Of a DNA stretch of 64,000 bases, positions 1 to 12,600 are shown one piece after another. Made by a program: the position numbers and the translations under genes. A model generated the notes under the pieces. That model saw nothing but the letters and a program-made list of their open reading frames with translations, made no database searches and was not told the DNA's origin. Positions within the stretch are counted from its first letter, which is position 1, and the number at the start of each line of letters is the position of its first letter. Origin of the DNA: Macrostomum lignano (Eukaryota); NCBI GenBank assembly GCA_002269645.1, contig NIVC01003708.1, positions 17,469-81,468 on the forward strand, given 5' to 3'.

Positions 1-10
1 TCCATCACCT

Positions 11-508
11 TACAACCCGATCCAGCACCAATTAGAACCCGATCTAGCACCAATTAGAACCCGATCCAGCACCAATTAGAACCCGATCCAGCACCAATTA
101 GAACCTGATCCAGCACCAATTAGAACCAGATCCAGCACTATTTAGAACCCGATCCAGCACCTCGGAACCCGATTCAGCACCAATTAGAACCCGATCCAGC
201 ACCAATTAGAACCCGATCCAGCACCAATTAGAACCCGATCCAGCACCAATTAGAACCCGATCCAGCACCATTTAGAACCCGATCCAGCACCAATTAGAAC
301 CCGATCCAGCACCATTTAGAACCCGATCCAGCACCAATTAGAACCCGATCCAGCACCAATTAGAACCCGATCCAGCACCATTTAGAACCAGATCCAGCAC
401 CAATTAGAACCAGATCCAGCACCATTTAGAACCCGATCCAGCACCAATTAGAACCAGATCCAGCACCATTTAGAACCCGATCCAGCACCGATTAAAACCC
501 GATCCAGT
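11..508. repeat. 22-bp tandem minisatellite (AATTAGAACCCGATCCAGCACC), about 22 copies, in an intron of the CCDC191-like gene
   Basis: Unit read directly; GCACCA recurs at 25 and 47 (period 22). Confidence 0.95.
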
Positions 509-575
509 AACCTCAAATTCAATGAGATATTATCTATCAGAATTCATAACTTTCACAAAGCCAGAAGACACTGAC

Positions 576-1379
576 CCAGCCCGCCCATAGAACTCACAGC
601 CGACTCATCGTCCAACACCTTAGCTGGCACATAGTCTTTACTCAACAATCGTTTGATTATACGTTCAGCGTCGCTTAGTTCAGCATCGCCAACTGCTGAG
701 TCATCTTCGGGCGCATCGCCAGATTCCAAATGCGGCCACTCCAGCAGGGACCGCGATCTCGAAGAGCTATTACCGCCGCCAGCATTTCTACTAGGATATC
801 TCTCATCATTGTCATCATCGTTGTTAACTTCGCTTAGAAGTGCCGCGTCTGACAGCATTTTGCTGGTCATCCATTCGCGAATCAGACTGCGAGCCTCGTC
901 TTCAACACCTCCGGCGGGAGCGGCAGACTTCGATGCCGCCCCGGATAGAGCATCATCTGTGGCTGATTCCACTTTCTGTTAGCAGAAGAAGGGATTGGAA
1001 GGTTCTTAATTGACTCTTAAATAGAATCTGGACAGGGATGATATCAAATTGTCTCACACTGAATAGATTACTGACAATAGCTAGCATAGTAAGTACGGTC
1101 ATGAATAAAAGTCATTGAAAACAATAAATCAACTATACTAAGCCATGGACCTCTGAATTTTTTTCAATTTAGTTATATTTAAAAGTCTATGACAAAATCT
1201 AAACTCACCTTCAACCAGCTTTTCATATCATAGTCGGATGGTCGCACACCGCTAGTAGCTGCTGCAGCACCGGGGCCAAGAATGCTGCGAGTGGAACTAT
1301 TATTACCACTGTTATTACCAGTAGTTTTTGACGAAGGGCCGGATTTATAACGAAATAGGCGATTAGTTCGATCGGTCAT
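576..1379 (-). CDS. CCDC191: CCDC191/KIAA1407-like coiled-coil protein, 5' exons (1209-1379 and 576-975); gene continues beyond the left edge
   Basis: Phase-0 join: AG|GTGAGT donor at 1208, AACAG acceptor at 976, giving DMKSWLK|KVESATDDA...EARSLIREWMTSKM...AERIIKRLLSKDYV. This recalls the CCDC191 N-terminal blocks (HWIKRVEKASEFA, EAQELVNDWLDTKL, VQKFIDHLLHK). Probable donor G|GTCAGT at 575. Homology is from memory, not searched. Confidence 0.6.
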
Positions 1380-1540
1380 GCTTGCTATGAACTGGACCGC
1401 TTACTTGCCTCTGGCATGAATGAGAATCGCTCATTAGTCCCATAATACAGTTCTTAATATATAAACAATGGAAACTGGAGGAAAAACGCTGCTTAAATTC
1501 TAGGACAAAAGTGCAATAATCCAGTACAGGGCATGGATCC

Positions 1541-2313
1541 TAAGAAATCGAGTGAGAATGACAAGACATAGGGCCTGAATTCTTAGAAAACGAGTAAGAA
1601 TGACAAGGTATAGGGCCTGTACGAGCTATTCTTAGAAATCGAGCGAGAATGACAAGGTATAGGGCATGTATTCTTAGAAAACGAGTGAGAATGACAAGGT
1701 ACAGGGCCTGGATTCTTAGAAAACGAGTGAGAATGACGAGATATAGGGCCTGTATTCTTTGAAAACGAGTGAGAATGGCGAGGTATAGGGCCTGGATTCT
1801 TTGAAAACGAGTGAGAATGGCGAGATATAGGGCCTGTATTCTTTGAAAACGAGTGAGAATGGCGAGGTATAGGGCCTGTATTCTTTGAAAACGAGTGAGA
1901 ATGGCGAGGTATAGGGCCTGGATTCTTGGAAAACGAGTGAGAATGACAAGCTATAGGGACTGTATTCTTGGAAAACGAGTGAGAATGACAAGGTATAGGG
2001 ACTGTATTCTTGGAAAACGAGTGAGAATGACAAGGTATAGGGCCTGTATTCTTAGAAAACGAGTGAGAATGACAAGGTATAGGGCCTGTATTCTTGGAAA
2101 ACGAGCGAGAATGACAAGATATAGGGCATGTATTCTTAGAAAACGAGTTCGAATGGCAAGATATAGGGCCTGTATTCTTAGAAAACGAGTGCGAATGGCA
2201 AGATATAGGGCCTGTATTCTTAGAAAACGAGTGCGAATGGCAAGATATAGGGCCTGTATTCTTAGAAAACGAGCGAGAATGACAAGGTATAGGGCCTGGA
2301 TTCTTAGAAAAAC
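1541..2313. repeat. 42-bp tandem minisatellite (TATTCTTAGAAAACGAGTGAGAATGACAAGGTATAGGGCCTG), about 18 copies
   Basis: Direct reading; produces the 14-aa periodic ORFs at 1583-2326, 1716-2033 and 1895-2335. Confidence 0.95.
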
Positions 2314-3661
2314 CTCGGGATTTCAAAAGATTTAAGGATCGAAAATTAAAATATTCGATCTCGCAATTGAAGTTCTTATCATAGTACTTAAAGTAGCAGT
2401 CCTAAAATTTTAGAAAAAATGAGGTTTTTTGCTGATATTTGAATCAGGAAAATGGATATACCGACAGACTTTTAATTATCAGCGGTATTTATATTTTTAT
2501 TACTTAATTATTAGCCAAAGCAAAAACTATCAGTAGCGAAGAAAGTTTCAGACGCCACGTCAAAAATCCAGTTACCACAAGAACCTGAAAAATAAGCTTC
2601 AAAATAAAAGTTTAGCCCTTGAATCCCCGGCCAAAAAGATCTCAATACTGAATCTCCGGGGTCAACAGCATCAGCTCAAATTCGACAAAGACATAGAACA
2701 CCAGAAACCTAAAAAAACAATTCATAATGTCAATCAAATGTGACAGACATAAGGTAATGAAGCATGGGGTTGAAATCAAAACTATTTTAGCTTCTATCAC
2801 AATAAACTTATCTGTTACAGTGTACTATAATGCTATTGGAAAAGTACATACTAAGTGGGGGTACTTTTAAATAGCAGCAGTCTCAAAAGACTGGGATTGT
2901 TAAAAAATGAAATTATGACAGCAGAGAATGAAAATATGATTTACCAGTTCGACACTTTGATTAAAGTAATGGACGAAAGCACAGGTGATAACAGCGATTA
3001 TAATAAGTAGTTATGGAACTTAATATCTATTAATTTTTCAGAATAAAAAACAAAAGCTACTAAAGGCCAAAAGCATATAAAGTTTACAAAAAAGGCGTAA
3101 ACAAAGAATTTTCACTGTGCAGCAGACAATAAAACGCTTTAAAAAAGAATTAATAAAACAACACAAGACCAGATACCAATAAAAGGGTTAATAATAGGGG
3201 ACTGCAAAACAGAAATCCAAAAAGGAAACAATTTTAAGCTTTTACCAACAAAATGGACAAGAACATCAAAACCTAACGATTAATAATTGTTGTCGCATGT
3301 GATTCCTGCTCTATTTGACTGATTGATTCAAAATCTGTTTTAGTTGACAAGTTGTAGTGTCAATAAAACTAATTCAGAATGGTCAGTAAATTATAAAAGA
3401 TTGGTATATTTTGGTAAAATTTTCTACTTTCAGTAGTAAGTTTCGTCTCAGAGCGTACCACTCAAAGTGGTAATAAGTACCAGTGAATTTTCAAAACTTA
3501 TCTGCATAAAATTCAACTTAAAAACCTTCAGAAACTTACTTCACATTTCATAGCTTGAAATGAAATCTGTAGCACAGGGATAGACACACAAATCCAGCTA
3601 CCCAATAGTATATGAGTCTTGTCAACAATGATATCTCTTAGCACATAGCATCTAAGCTAGT

Positions 3662-6600
3662 TCACTTCCTTGGCTGGTGAATATTGTGAGCTGGCGGAGC
3701 ATGCGGTTTCTCATGCTTTGGCACAGGCTTATCGTGATAAGCTTTCACAGCATCAGGTGTAAAAGCTTTGTCTTCTTTAACCAAGCTGCCAGCCACCACT
3801 TGGCCTTGCTTGGCCTCATCAACTTCTGTGCCATATTCAGCTTCCTGCTTGCGAAGCTCTTCAGCGTTGAGCTTCTCGCCTGAGCCAGAGCTGGTGTTGC
3901 GGGTCCGATGACCAGCTACGCGCATGTTGCCCACCTTGGCTGCATTTGAAAGGCAAATGGGTCAAGTTTGGAAATGTGTTTGAAACTATTTTAATCATTT
4001 CTACTACTATTACACATTACAAAGTTTAAGGCAATTCAAATTAAGTCAGGCTGAATAATTTTAATAAACTGTCCTAAAAAACTGGCTAAAGTTCTTTTTT
4101 TATTTATCACCTAATTTACTCTGTTTTTTTTTTAATCCAAATATTTTTTCTGTAAAAGCCAATACTGTATGATGTAATAGAGAAAAAAAGGCAGTAGTCT
4201 TTGTCCAGTCAAAACTCTAGAAGTTACTACTTTTCTAAGTTTTAATAATCCAGGTTAATCAGTTTGAGCTTAGAAAATATACTAAGTAATTTAAATTTTA
4301 TGTTGACTTATAGAGATATTGTTCTTGTACTTTAGCAAAATTAATCACAAGACTTAATTGTCTTGGTTTTATTAAATCACCAAAGAAACCTTAGCAAAAG
4401 AAACATTTTTATGCTTTTTTTATGCACAAGTTTTTATGCTTGAAGCTAATAGGCATTGAAATGTTTTATCTTTTGGTGCTACATACTCATACTCACTAAT
4501 ATAGCTATTTTTATGACATAGCATAAGACTGAAATAACTGATATTATGTCAACTAATTAAAGTAGGGTCTAACTAATCTCCACTCTATTACTATAAGTAG
4601 GCACTTTAAGTAAGGCTCATAAGTAGGTATTTTTGTTACAAATCTTATTTTGTGTTAAAATCCTTGTCTAAATTTTGTTTTATGTTGTCCCTGCCAATTA
4701 CAATATACTACCCACCATATCATTATTATAAAAAGGCTTTGTCTGACGCGAAAATAAACCAACTTGTGGCAAGGCCCAGTTTGCTTCTAGCTTACCTCTT
4801 TTGCTAAAGGAAATTTCTGCTGATAGCTGGTCTTTGCTTATTTGGTTCTAATTTTAGAAATAGGGATAAAAACTATAAAGGCAACAAAGGTTGTATAGAC
4901 CTAGAAATAAGGATAAAAGCCATAAAGGCGACAGAGGTTATATAGACCCAGAAATAGGAATAAAAGCCATAAAGGCAACAGGTTGTATGGACCTAGAAAT
5001 AGGGATAAAAGCCATAAAGGTGACAGAGGTTGTAAAGACATATAAGTAGAGATAAAAGCCTTAAAGGCAACAGAAGCTGTACAGGCTCAAGGGGTACTAA
5101 GAAGGCCATAAGATTAGGCATTAATATTAGGCATTAGAAGGCAGACAAATATTAGGTATTAGTGCTTGTCACTGGGCACCCTTGATCCCTGGGAATGCTA
5201 TAATTTTGGACTTAGTTTAAATTAGACAGTGTCTTACTGCTCAGGCACTCATAGCTACCATAAGATTTCCAAGAAATCAAGTAACTTTAGGTAACTCTAA
5301 GAACTGTAGACCTAGAACAACTTGGAAACATCAATAAGACAATTTTAGAGGCAGAACAAATAAACTATAACAACTTGGTGGCACAACAATATTTTATAGA
5401 CAAAGAAAAGAAATACCAATACAACTTGGTGACATCAGAGATACAAGGCTGAAGGCATTGAAGAGAATCATAGAAAGATGGAGTTGCTAGCTAACTTAGA
5501 CTTGGCAATGGCATTTGCTGCTGTGCAGCAATTCAATCTGCTAGAAGATCTAGAGTATGATGATTTTAGGGAACAAGTGATTGAGAGATTTGGTGGGATA
5601 TGAAACGCATTGGAATTTGGAGAAGAATTTAGAGGCCATATGCAGGAAAGAAATAAGTTGAAGGATGCTTTCACCAATGCACTAATTGAATTGTCAGCTA
5701 GGGCCTTTCCGAATATGATCAAGGAGCAGAGAAAGGAAGAGATAAAAGCAAATTCATCAAAGGAGTCAGAATTCTGCCAGATACTAGGGAAAATTTAATC
5801 TTTGCTTAACCTGTAAATTTGCAAGAATCTAGGCGAATGCTATAGTGAATTGAAGCCAAAGGAGATGTACAAATAATTAAGGATGAAGCAAATGAGCATG
5901 AAAAGAAGCTCCAAAAGTTAGTGAAACAGCAGAGAGGTGAACTAGAGCAACAGCAGAAGCTGATAGAGGAACTTAGGGCAAATAGGCCATTGTCTATGGC
6001 ATGGCCTCAGCCATTCCTAGCTCAGATGCCACAAAAAACAGCTCACCAACCACCGGCATTTCAGCTGCAAATTCTAGCCTAGGCTAAGGGGGCAATTCAA
6101 TACTAGCTTATATGCTCTGCAACCAGGAAAGTGTGCAGTCTATTAGCATTTCGGCTCAATAAGACCTGGTTTTAGTCATCAGTGCCGCTTGCCCCAAAAC
6201 TAGCCTAAGCAGGGAAACTAAAGTACAAAGGCCACAACCTTCTAGGAAAAGTAGTTTTGAAATGAAGGCCTTCAATTATAGTAGTTATGTTGACTTAAAA
6301 AGTAGGCAAATAGTCCCAATGCAAAGAAGACACATGTTAGTGTACCTATAAATAATGCATTTGCACTAGCATCAACACCTACTTTTTCTGCATCAGCACC
6401 TTATGCCTCTGCACTAGCTGCATCACCATGTGTCACCCCTGCATTTGCTGCTACAAACCTTGCATCAATACAAAAAGAATAATTTGTACCCAAATTTCAC
6501 CAACCAAAGCCAAAAGTAATTAAACTTTAATTAAACAAAAGTAGCTAAAAGAATTTCTTTTGTACAGCCACAATTGCGATAATATATTAGGTATGGAATT

Positions 6601-9600
6601 GTTTAAAGAGCATTGTGAAAGCATCCATTTAGCCAAAGGCATGTTAATTCTAAAGGAGAAGACTTGTGTTCCCATGCAGTACACTCATTTGCCAGTAAGA
6701 GTATGCCAAGTATATACTCAAAAGAGAGCAGTTGTTCTGTCTTATAATGCACTACAAATCCCCATGAGATTATCTAAGAATTCAAAAGCTAATTATGGCA
6801 TGCCAATGACTATTGAGACTATTGGAATTGGAAGTATAAGAACTAAGAGCAAAGCATTAGAAATGAATCCAACCTTAGTTACTATGCGCAATGGTATAGC
6901 CATAGTAGAAGTAGTGAATTGAAGCATGGTAGAAATACAGTTGCCAAAATTGTTGCTGGTAGATCTAGCTAAGCCAATGAGAGCCAGAGAGCTTACGTAT
7001 ATGACTAGTGAATTAGATCAAACTGTGCCACCAAACTAGCTAATCACTGGATGTGTCAATCAAATGCAATCTCAAAGTGAAACTTGGATTAGCAAAATCA
7101 ATATTAGTGAAACCTTGATAGCAGAGCAGAAAGAGAAAGTGATTCAGCTTATAAAAGAGCATAGAGCTTTAAAGAAACCGTTTTGTAGCACAATTTAGAT
7201 ATGGGCTTAACATTGTTAGTCACGCATGAGATATTATTGAAAGATAAGACACCTGTGAGGATTCCAACTAGAAGAATCCCTCTTCATTTCCAAAAACAGG
7301 TGAATGCTCAATTAGACAATATGTTAGCTAAGAATTTAATTAGGCCATGCTATTCAACTTATGCAACACCTTTAGTAATTGTATATCTAAGAAGGATGGT
7401 ACTATTTGAATAGTGACTAGAGTGTTGAATTCATGAGTAAATTATTTTCTATATCCACTGTCAAATATTCAAGAGACATTTTGTATTTAACAGGCAGTCA
7501 ATACTTTAATAGCCTTGACCTAAATTCTGATTTTTGGCAAGTTTAAAAAAAGGAACACAAATAAGTTTAAGTACAAAGTTATGGGTCAGGGCTTATCTAA
7601 TATCTGAGGTACTTTTCAAAGATTAATGAATCTTGTATTGGCAGGCATTCAGCATAAATATTCCATGTCATACATAGAAAGCATAGTGACCTATTCTAAG
7701 AAATTCAAAAATCATTTAGAATACCTAAAAGAGGTATCTCAAAGATTGATTAATACTGGACTGAAACTAAGAGAAAAAAGCGCAATCTGTTCCATAGCAA
7801 ATTAAAATATTTAGGCCATGTAATTAGAAGAAATGGAATCAGGACTGATGAAGCTAAAATAGAAGCAATTAGAAGTTGGCCAAAGCCAAAAGATGCAAGA
7901 GTTGTGAAGTTTCTTAGAAAGAATTGCTCTTTTCTAAAAGAGTTGCTTGTTGTGGCATCATTGCTTAATGATTTTAAGAAAAATGCTTATTTAAAGCTTG
8001 GAATCCCTAATGAAAAGATCCATTCAGTGAAAATTGTTACTTTCAATAGATATGTCATTGATGATGACAATCTCATCCCTGAACTAGCCAAAGAGGATAA
8101 GTTCTAGTTATTCTACACAATGAAAAATAGTTACAAAAGCAGCTAGGTACTGAGATAGCAACTGGTGACCCTGGCCTTATCAATTGCCAATTGATTGAGG
8201 CAATCACCAATTGCCTCAGCTGCAATCAGCATGGTAACCCCCAAATGCACTATTGCTAAAAGGGAGGACAAGCCAAAAACATTGCTAGCATAGCTAAAGT
8301 GGCCTAATGTGTATTCTCTTCCACAAATATACAAGCTTGCCAAGGCTTTGTGTGGGCTTTGGTAACAACTGCAAAATTTGCTGCTAACTGCTAACAACTG
8401 CAAATGCAAAATTTGTCAATTAGTTAATAAAGTAAATCATGGACAAAATTTTTGTAAAATATAAGCAAATCAATGATCTTTATCTATAATCTGTAGAAAT
8501 CAACTATGTATGCTAAGCTATTACATTAATATTTCCATCATTAAAGGACTATTCTCCTGATGGATGCCACTTCTAGGCAGTTAAAGTCTGTTGTTAGCTT
8601 AAAGAGTTTTGTAGCAAAATTCTGCCTGAGCATCAAAGCCTACTGATTTTTCAAATGCAAGCTAAGCATAGGTGGAGCAAGCATAAACTAAGCATTGCTA
8701 TGCTGTCAAAAATGCCAGTTTTTCTATAGCTGCTTAGGATGGCAGTGATAAGGAGAATACAGCGCGTTTGCGCAAAATTCAATATCCATTTCCAGGTTTT
8801 TCCAGGTTCAAATAAGTAAAGCTCCAGGTTGCTACATGGTGGAGCTTTAAAAAATCAAATGTATGTACGCAGCAATGTTTCTTGATTTAGTGTTTCCTAC
8901 TACAAACTATATATTATATATTTCATAGATTATTTAGATTATTTATTTCTTGTATTAACTGAAGAACAAAATTAAAAGTATAAAATAAAAGACTTTTGCT
9001 ATAAATATACAACTTAATAAGAATATAACTATATAGGATAGATTGTATTTGTAACATACTATGACATGGTAGCAACATTTTTTAATACCAAAGTTTCTAT
9101 CACATCATATAGCATTATGGCATGCATTACTAAATTATAGTCTACTACCAGTCTCACATTACACAGATCATGGGAAGAATGATAATTCCAGATTTCCCCT
9201 CCCTCATTGGTATATTTCCAGGTTTTTTCTTCTGTCTTGGGGCATTTCTGGTTTTTTTGCAATTCCAGGTTTTTCCAGGTTGCAGACACCCTGAGAATAA
9301 GAATCAACATTGATGAGGAAGAGCATACCAGAGAGATAGATTACAACTAAGCCAAAACATTGCAAAGTCATGCTTGAGGATGACAACTATTAGTGTTGCA
9401 GCCAAAAGCATATTGCAACAATGAAGATGCAAGAATCACTATTCCTACTGCTCATGAACAGTGTAGGCTAAAGCTAAATGAAAAATGCATTCGTTTGATA
9501 TCTACAACATTCTCAATGAAATGCAACTATGCTTATATTTTTCCTATGCATATCTTGCAATGTCAAGAGCTATCAGTTCTAGAAGAGCTTGAGTTGTACT

Positions 9601-12600
9601 GGCCACTTAAGTTGCCCATGGTAATTGTTCAGGAATGCACTCTGATGATAGAAGCCTATTAACCAAAAGCAAACTGCTAACTATATTCTGCAAAAGTCAT
9701 CTAAGATTGTAATTTGCAATGTAAAGGCTGCTTTGTTAAAAGTATACAAAAAGTGGCATTGCTTTTCAAAACTTCAAATTTTGTAAGGCTTGCTTATCTT
9801 TTATAGACATAGAAGAGTAGCTCCAAGTGGCTATTCTCTTACTTTTGGGCTGGCTAAGGATTGATCTAAATGCTATCTTCAAGGACAATTTTCCAGTTTG
9901 AGCCATTAAAGATGGCTTCAAGAGTGGCAAGTTAGATGAATAGAGCCAATCTATTATTTGAGACACTTATAGATACCATTATTATTTTTGTTCTAGTGTT
10001 CATTGCTTTTAACTTGCAGTATATTTTTATTCTCAAGCCATTCCTTGAATTCATTGAGGTAATGGCAAAGCTGCATTGACAGCATTGTCAAGCTATATGC
10101 AGTGATACTATATCTTTGCTTGCTGCATTTTGCTAATCATGCTTTATTTGTTGCTAAATGATAATGCTAGTGCCTATAGTTTGCTGACATAAAGTAATAT
10201 TTCTACAATCATTTATTTAATTCTTAACAATACATCACATCCATAAAAAACTAGGGATTCAATTCAAAGCAAAATAGCTCTTTGGATAAGGTCATATTTA
10301 TGTTCCCTCTATGTTCAAGCCTGTACTGAAAACACTAGGTTTTATGCCCTGAATATGTGCCATAATACCTTCAGCCTTTCTTTTGCAAATGTCTGCTTGG
10401 CCATAGTTAACTTTATATTTATTATTTTACTCATTTTAAAGTGGTATGCCTTTAGTTAGGCTTTTGTGCTCAATACAGGCAAATGAAATAGTCTATGATT
10501 ATACTTTAGTTAAAAGTACTAGCAATCCAGTCCATTTGATGAGTGCAAAAATGAAAATGAAAATATGGCTAAAAACATTAAAGAATGGACCCATGGTTCC
10601 AGTAAGCCTTGACATCTTAGCAATTCCCCCAGCTGCAAGCCTTGACATCTTAGCAACTCTCCCAGTAAGCCTCAACAATCCCTTGTAAGCCTCGACATCC
10701 CAGCAATTGCCCCATAGGCCTTAACATCCTAGCAATTCCCGTTGTAAGCCTTGATACCCCAGCCATTTCCTCCGTAAGCTTTGACATCTCAGCAATAAAG
10801 GAAACTCATTTCTTTTAATTTTGTGTTAATTTATATTACATTAGTTTGTTTCCAATCTGTCACTTCTATTATATTAAATTTATTGTTTTATAACATTTAA
10901 TTATATTATTTTGCTTAGCAAAATAATTGTTCTTTAAAAAACATATCAAACACATTTTACTAATTATGCCATTAAGAAAACCTTTGTTAGGAAAGCATTT
11001 GCAAATTGCAGCAAATTGCAAATTGTAAAGCTTTTGCAGAGGAGAAAGGAGAGATGAAAGAGTAAATGGAAGAGGAGAGAGGAAAAAGATGAGATTGTAG
11101 AGATGAGAGAGAGAGAGATGAGTAGAGATGAGAGATGAAGGAAGAGAGAGCAGAGTGCAGAGAGACGAGAGAAGAGAATATAGGGGAGAGAGTATAGTAG
11201 AGGGAAGAAAAGAGAGGAGTAAGGAAAGAGAGGAGTCAGAAGAGGGGAAAGAGAAGAGTACACAGTAGAGAGGAGAGTAGAGATGACAGAGAGAGGGGAA
11301 TGAGAGAGCAAAGATGAGAGTGAACAGACGATATAAGAGAGAAGAGGAGAAGAGAGGGGAGTGGAGAGAGAAGAGAGAAGACAAGAGAGGGAGAGAGTAT
11401 AGAAGAGAAGAGTAGAGATGGGAAGAAAGAAGAAAGGAAAGAGAGTCCTGAGTCAAAAAGGGGAAAGAGAGGAGTACAAGAGAGAGGTGAGAGAACATAT
11501 GAGAGTAAAGATGACACATGAGAGAAAGGAGATGAGAGAGCAGAAACGAGAGTGAACAGACGAGAGATAGGAGAGTAGAGAGAAAAGAGGAGAGACAAGA
11601 AATAAGAGATGAGAGATGGAGACAAGGGAGAGATGAAAAGTGAGTGAAGAGAGAGGAGGGGAAGGGAGAGAATCTAGAGGACAGGGGAAACTGATGAAAA
11701 GGATGAGAGAGGAGAGGAAAGAGGGGAGAGATTAGAGAGAAGAGAGATTGGACAGGAGAGAGCAGAGAGATGAGAGGAGAGAGAGAGGGGGGGAGAGAAG
11801 AGAGAAATGAGAAAAGATAAGAGAGAGAGAAGATAAAAGAAGAGAAATGAGCAATAAGAGAGCAAAGACGAGAGAGAAGGGAGGTGAGGGAAGAGACGAT
11901 AGAAGAGATGAGAGAGTGGACAGAGGAGAGAAGAGTGGAAAAATGAGAGTTAAGAGAAGAGAGGAAAAAGGAGAGAGTAGAGATGAGGGAAGTGTTGAGA
12001 GAGGGTAGAGTAAGGAGTGAGAAGAGGAGAGAGGGAAGAGAGAGTAGAGAGCAGAGAGAAATGAGAAGAGATAAAAGAGGAGAAAGGAGATATAAGAGAC
12101 CAGAGACCAGAGAGGAAGAGAGGAGAGGAGAGAAAAAAAGAATAGAGAGAAGAGAGGAGAGGAAAGAGGACAGAGGAGAGAAGAAAGAAGAGATAAGAGG
12201 AGAGAGAGAGAGAAGAGACGAGGGAGAAGATAGGAAACAGAAAAGAAGATGGAAGTTTCAAAGGATGCAAAGATTCAAAGATTTTAGAGAGAGGCAGAAG
12301 TAGAGGTCAGAGTTTGCCTGACATTCTGCCCACTGTGCGCAGCACCCCAGCCAACAATATCAATGCTTGCTTCAAATCCTAATTTTACACGAATGTAAAC
12401 TCTATTCATCCTAACTATTAACAAGTTTTTGTTTGAGTTTGACCTCAGATTTCAGAATACACGCAAAAATAATTCCGGGGAATGGAGTTCCCTGGGTTCA
12501 AAATCCGTGGGTTTCAACAGCTTATATATATATATATCAAGGACTTAAGAGTACCAATCAAGCTTAAGAGTCAAGCTTAAGAGTACCTATATGCACAGTT

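Noticed and set aside
1386-1404. GTAAG donor just upstream of the CCDC191-like ATG
   Set aside because: The implied intron would be only about 19 nt.
1583-2335. Periodic ORFs in tandem arrays (also 18187-18893, 27682-28333, 29540-30648, 42215-43224, 45526-45909, 52009-52649)
   Set aside because: Stop-free repeat units open in several frames; no coding signature. The exception is 42230-42375, which is a real exon.
10869-12303. Leu/Ser/Phe-rich 'membrane protein' ORFs (also 46680-47113)
   Set aside because: Artefacts of GA/CT low-complexity tracts.
12320-12345. Transib-like terminus (CCCACTGTG) bounding the GA tract
   Set aside because: No matching left terminus or TSD found.
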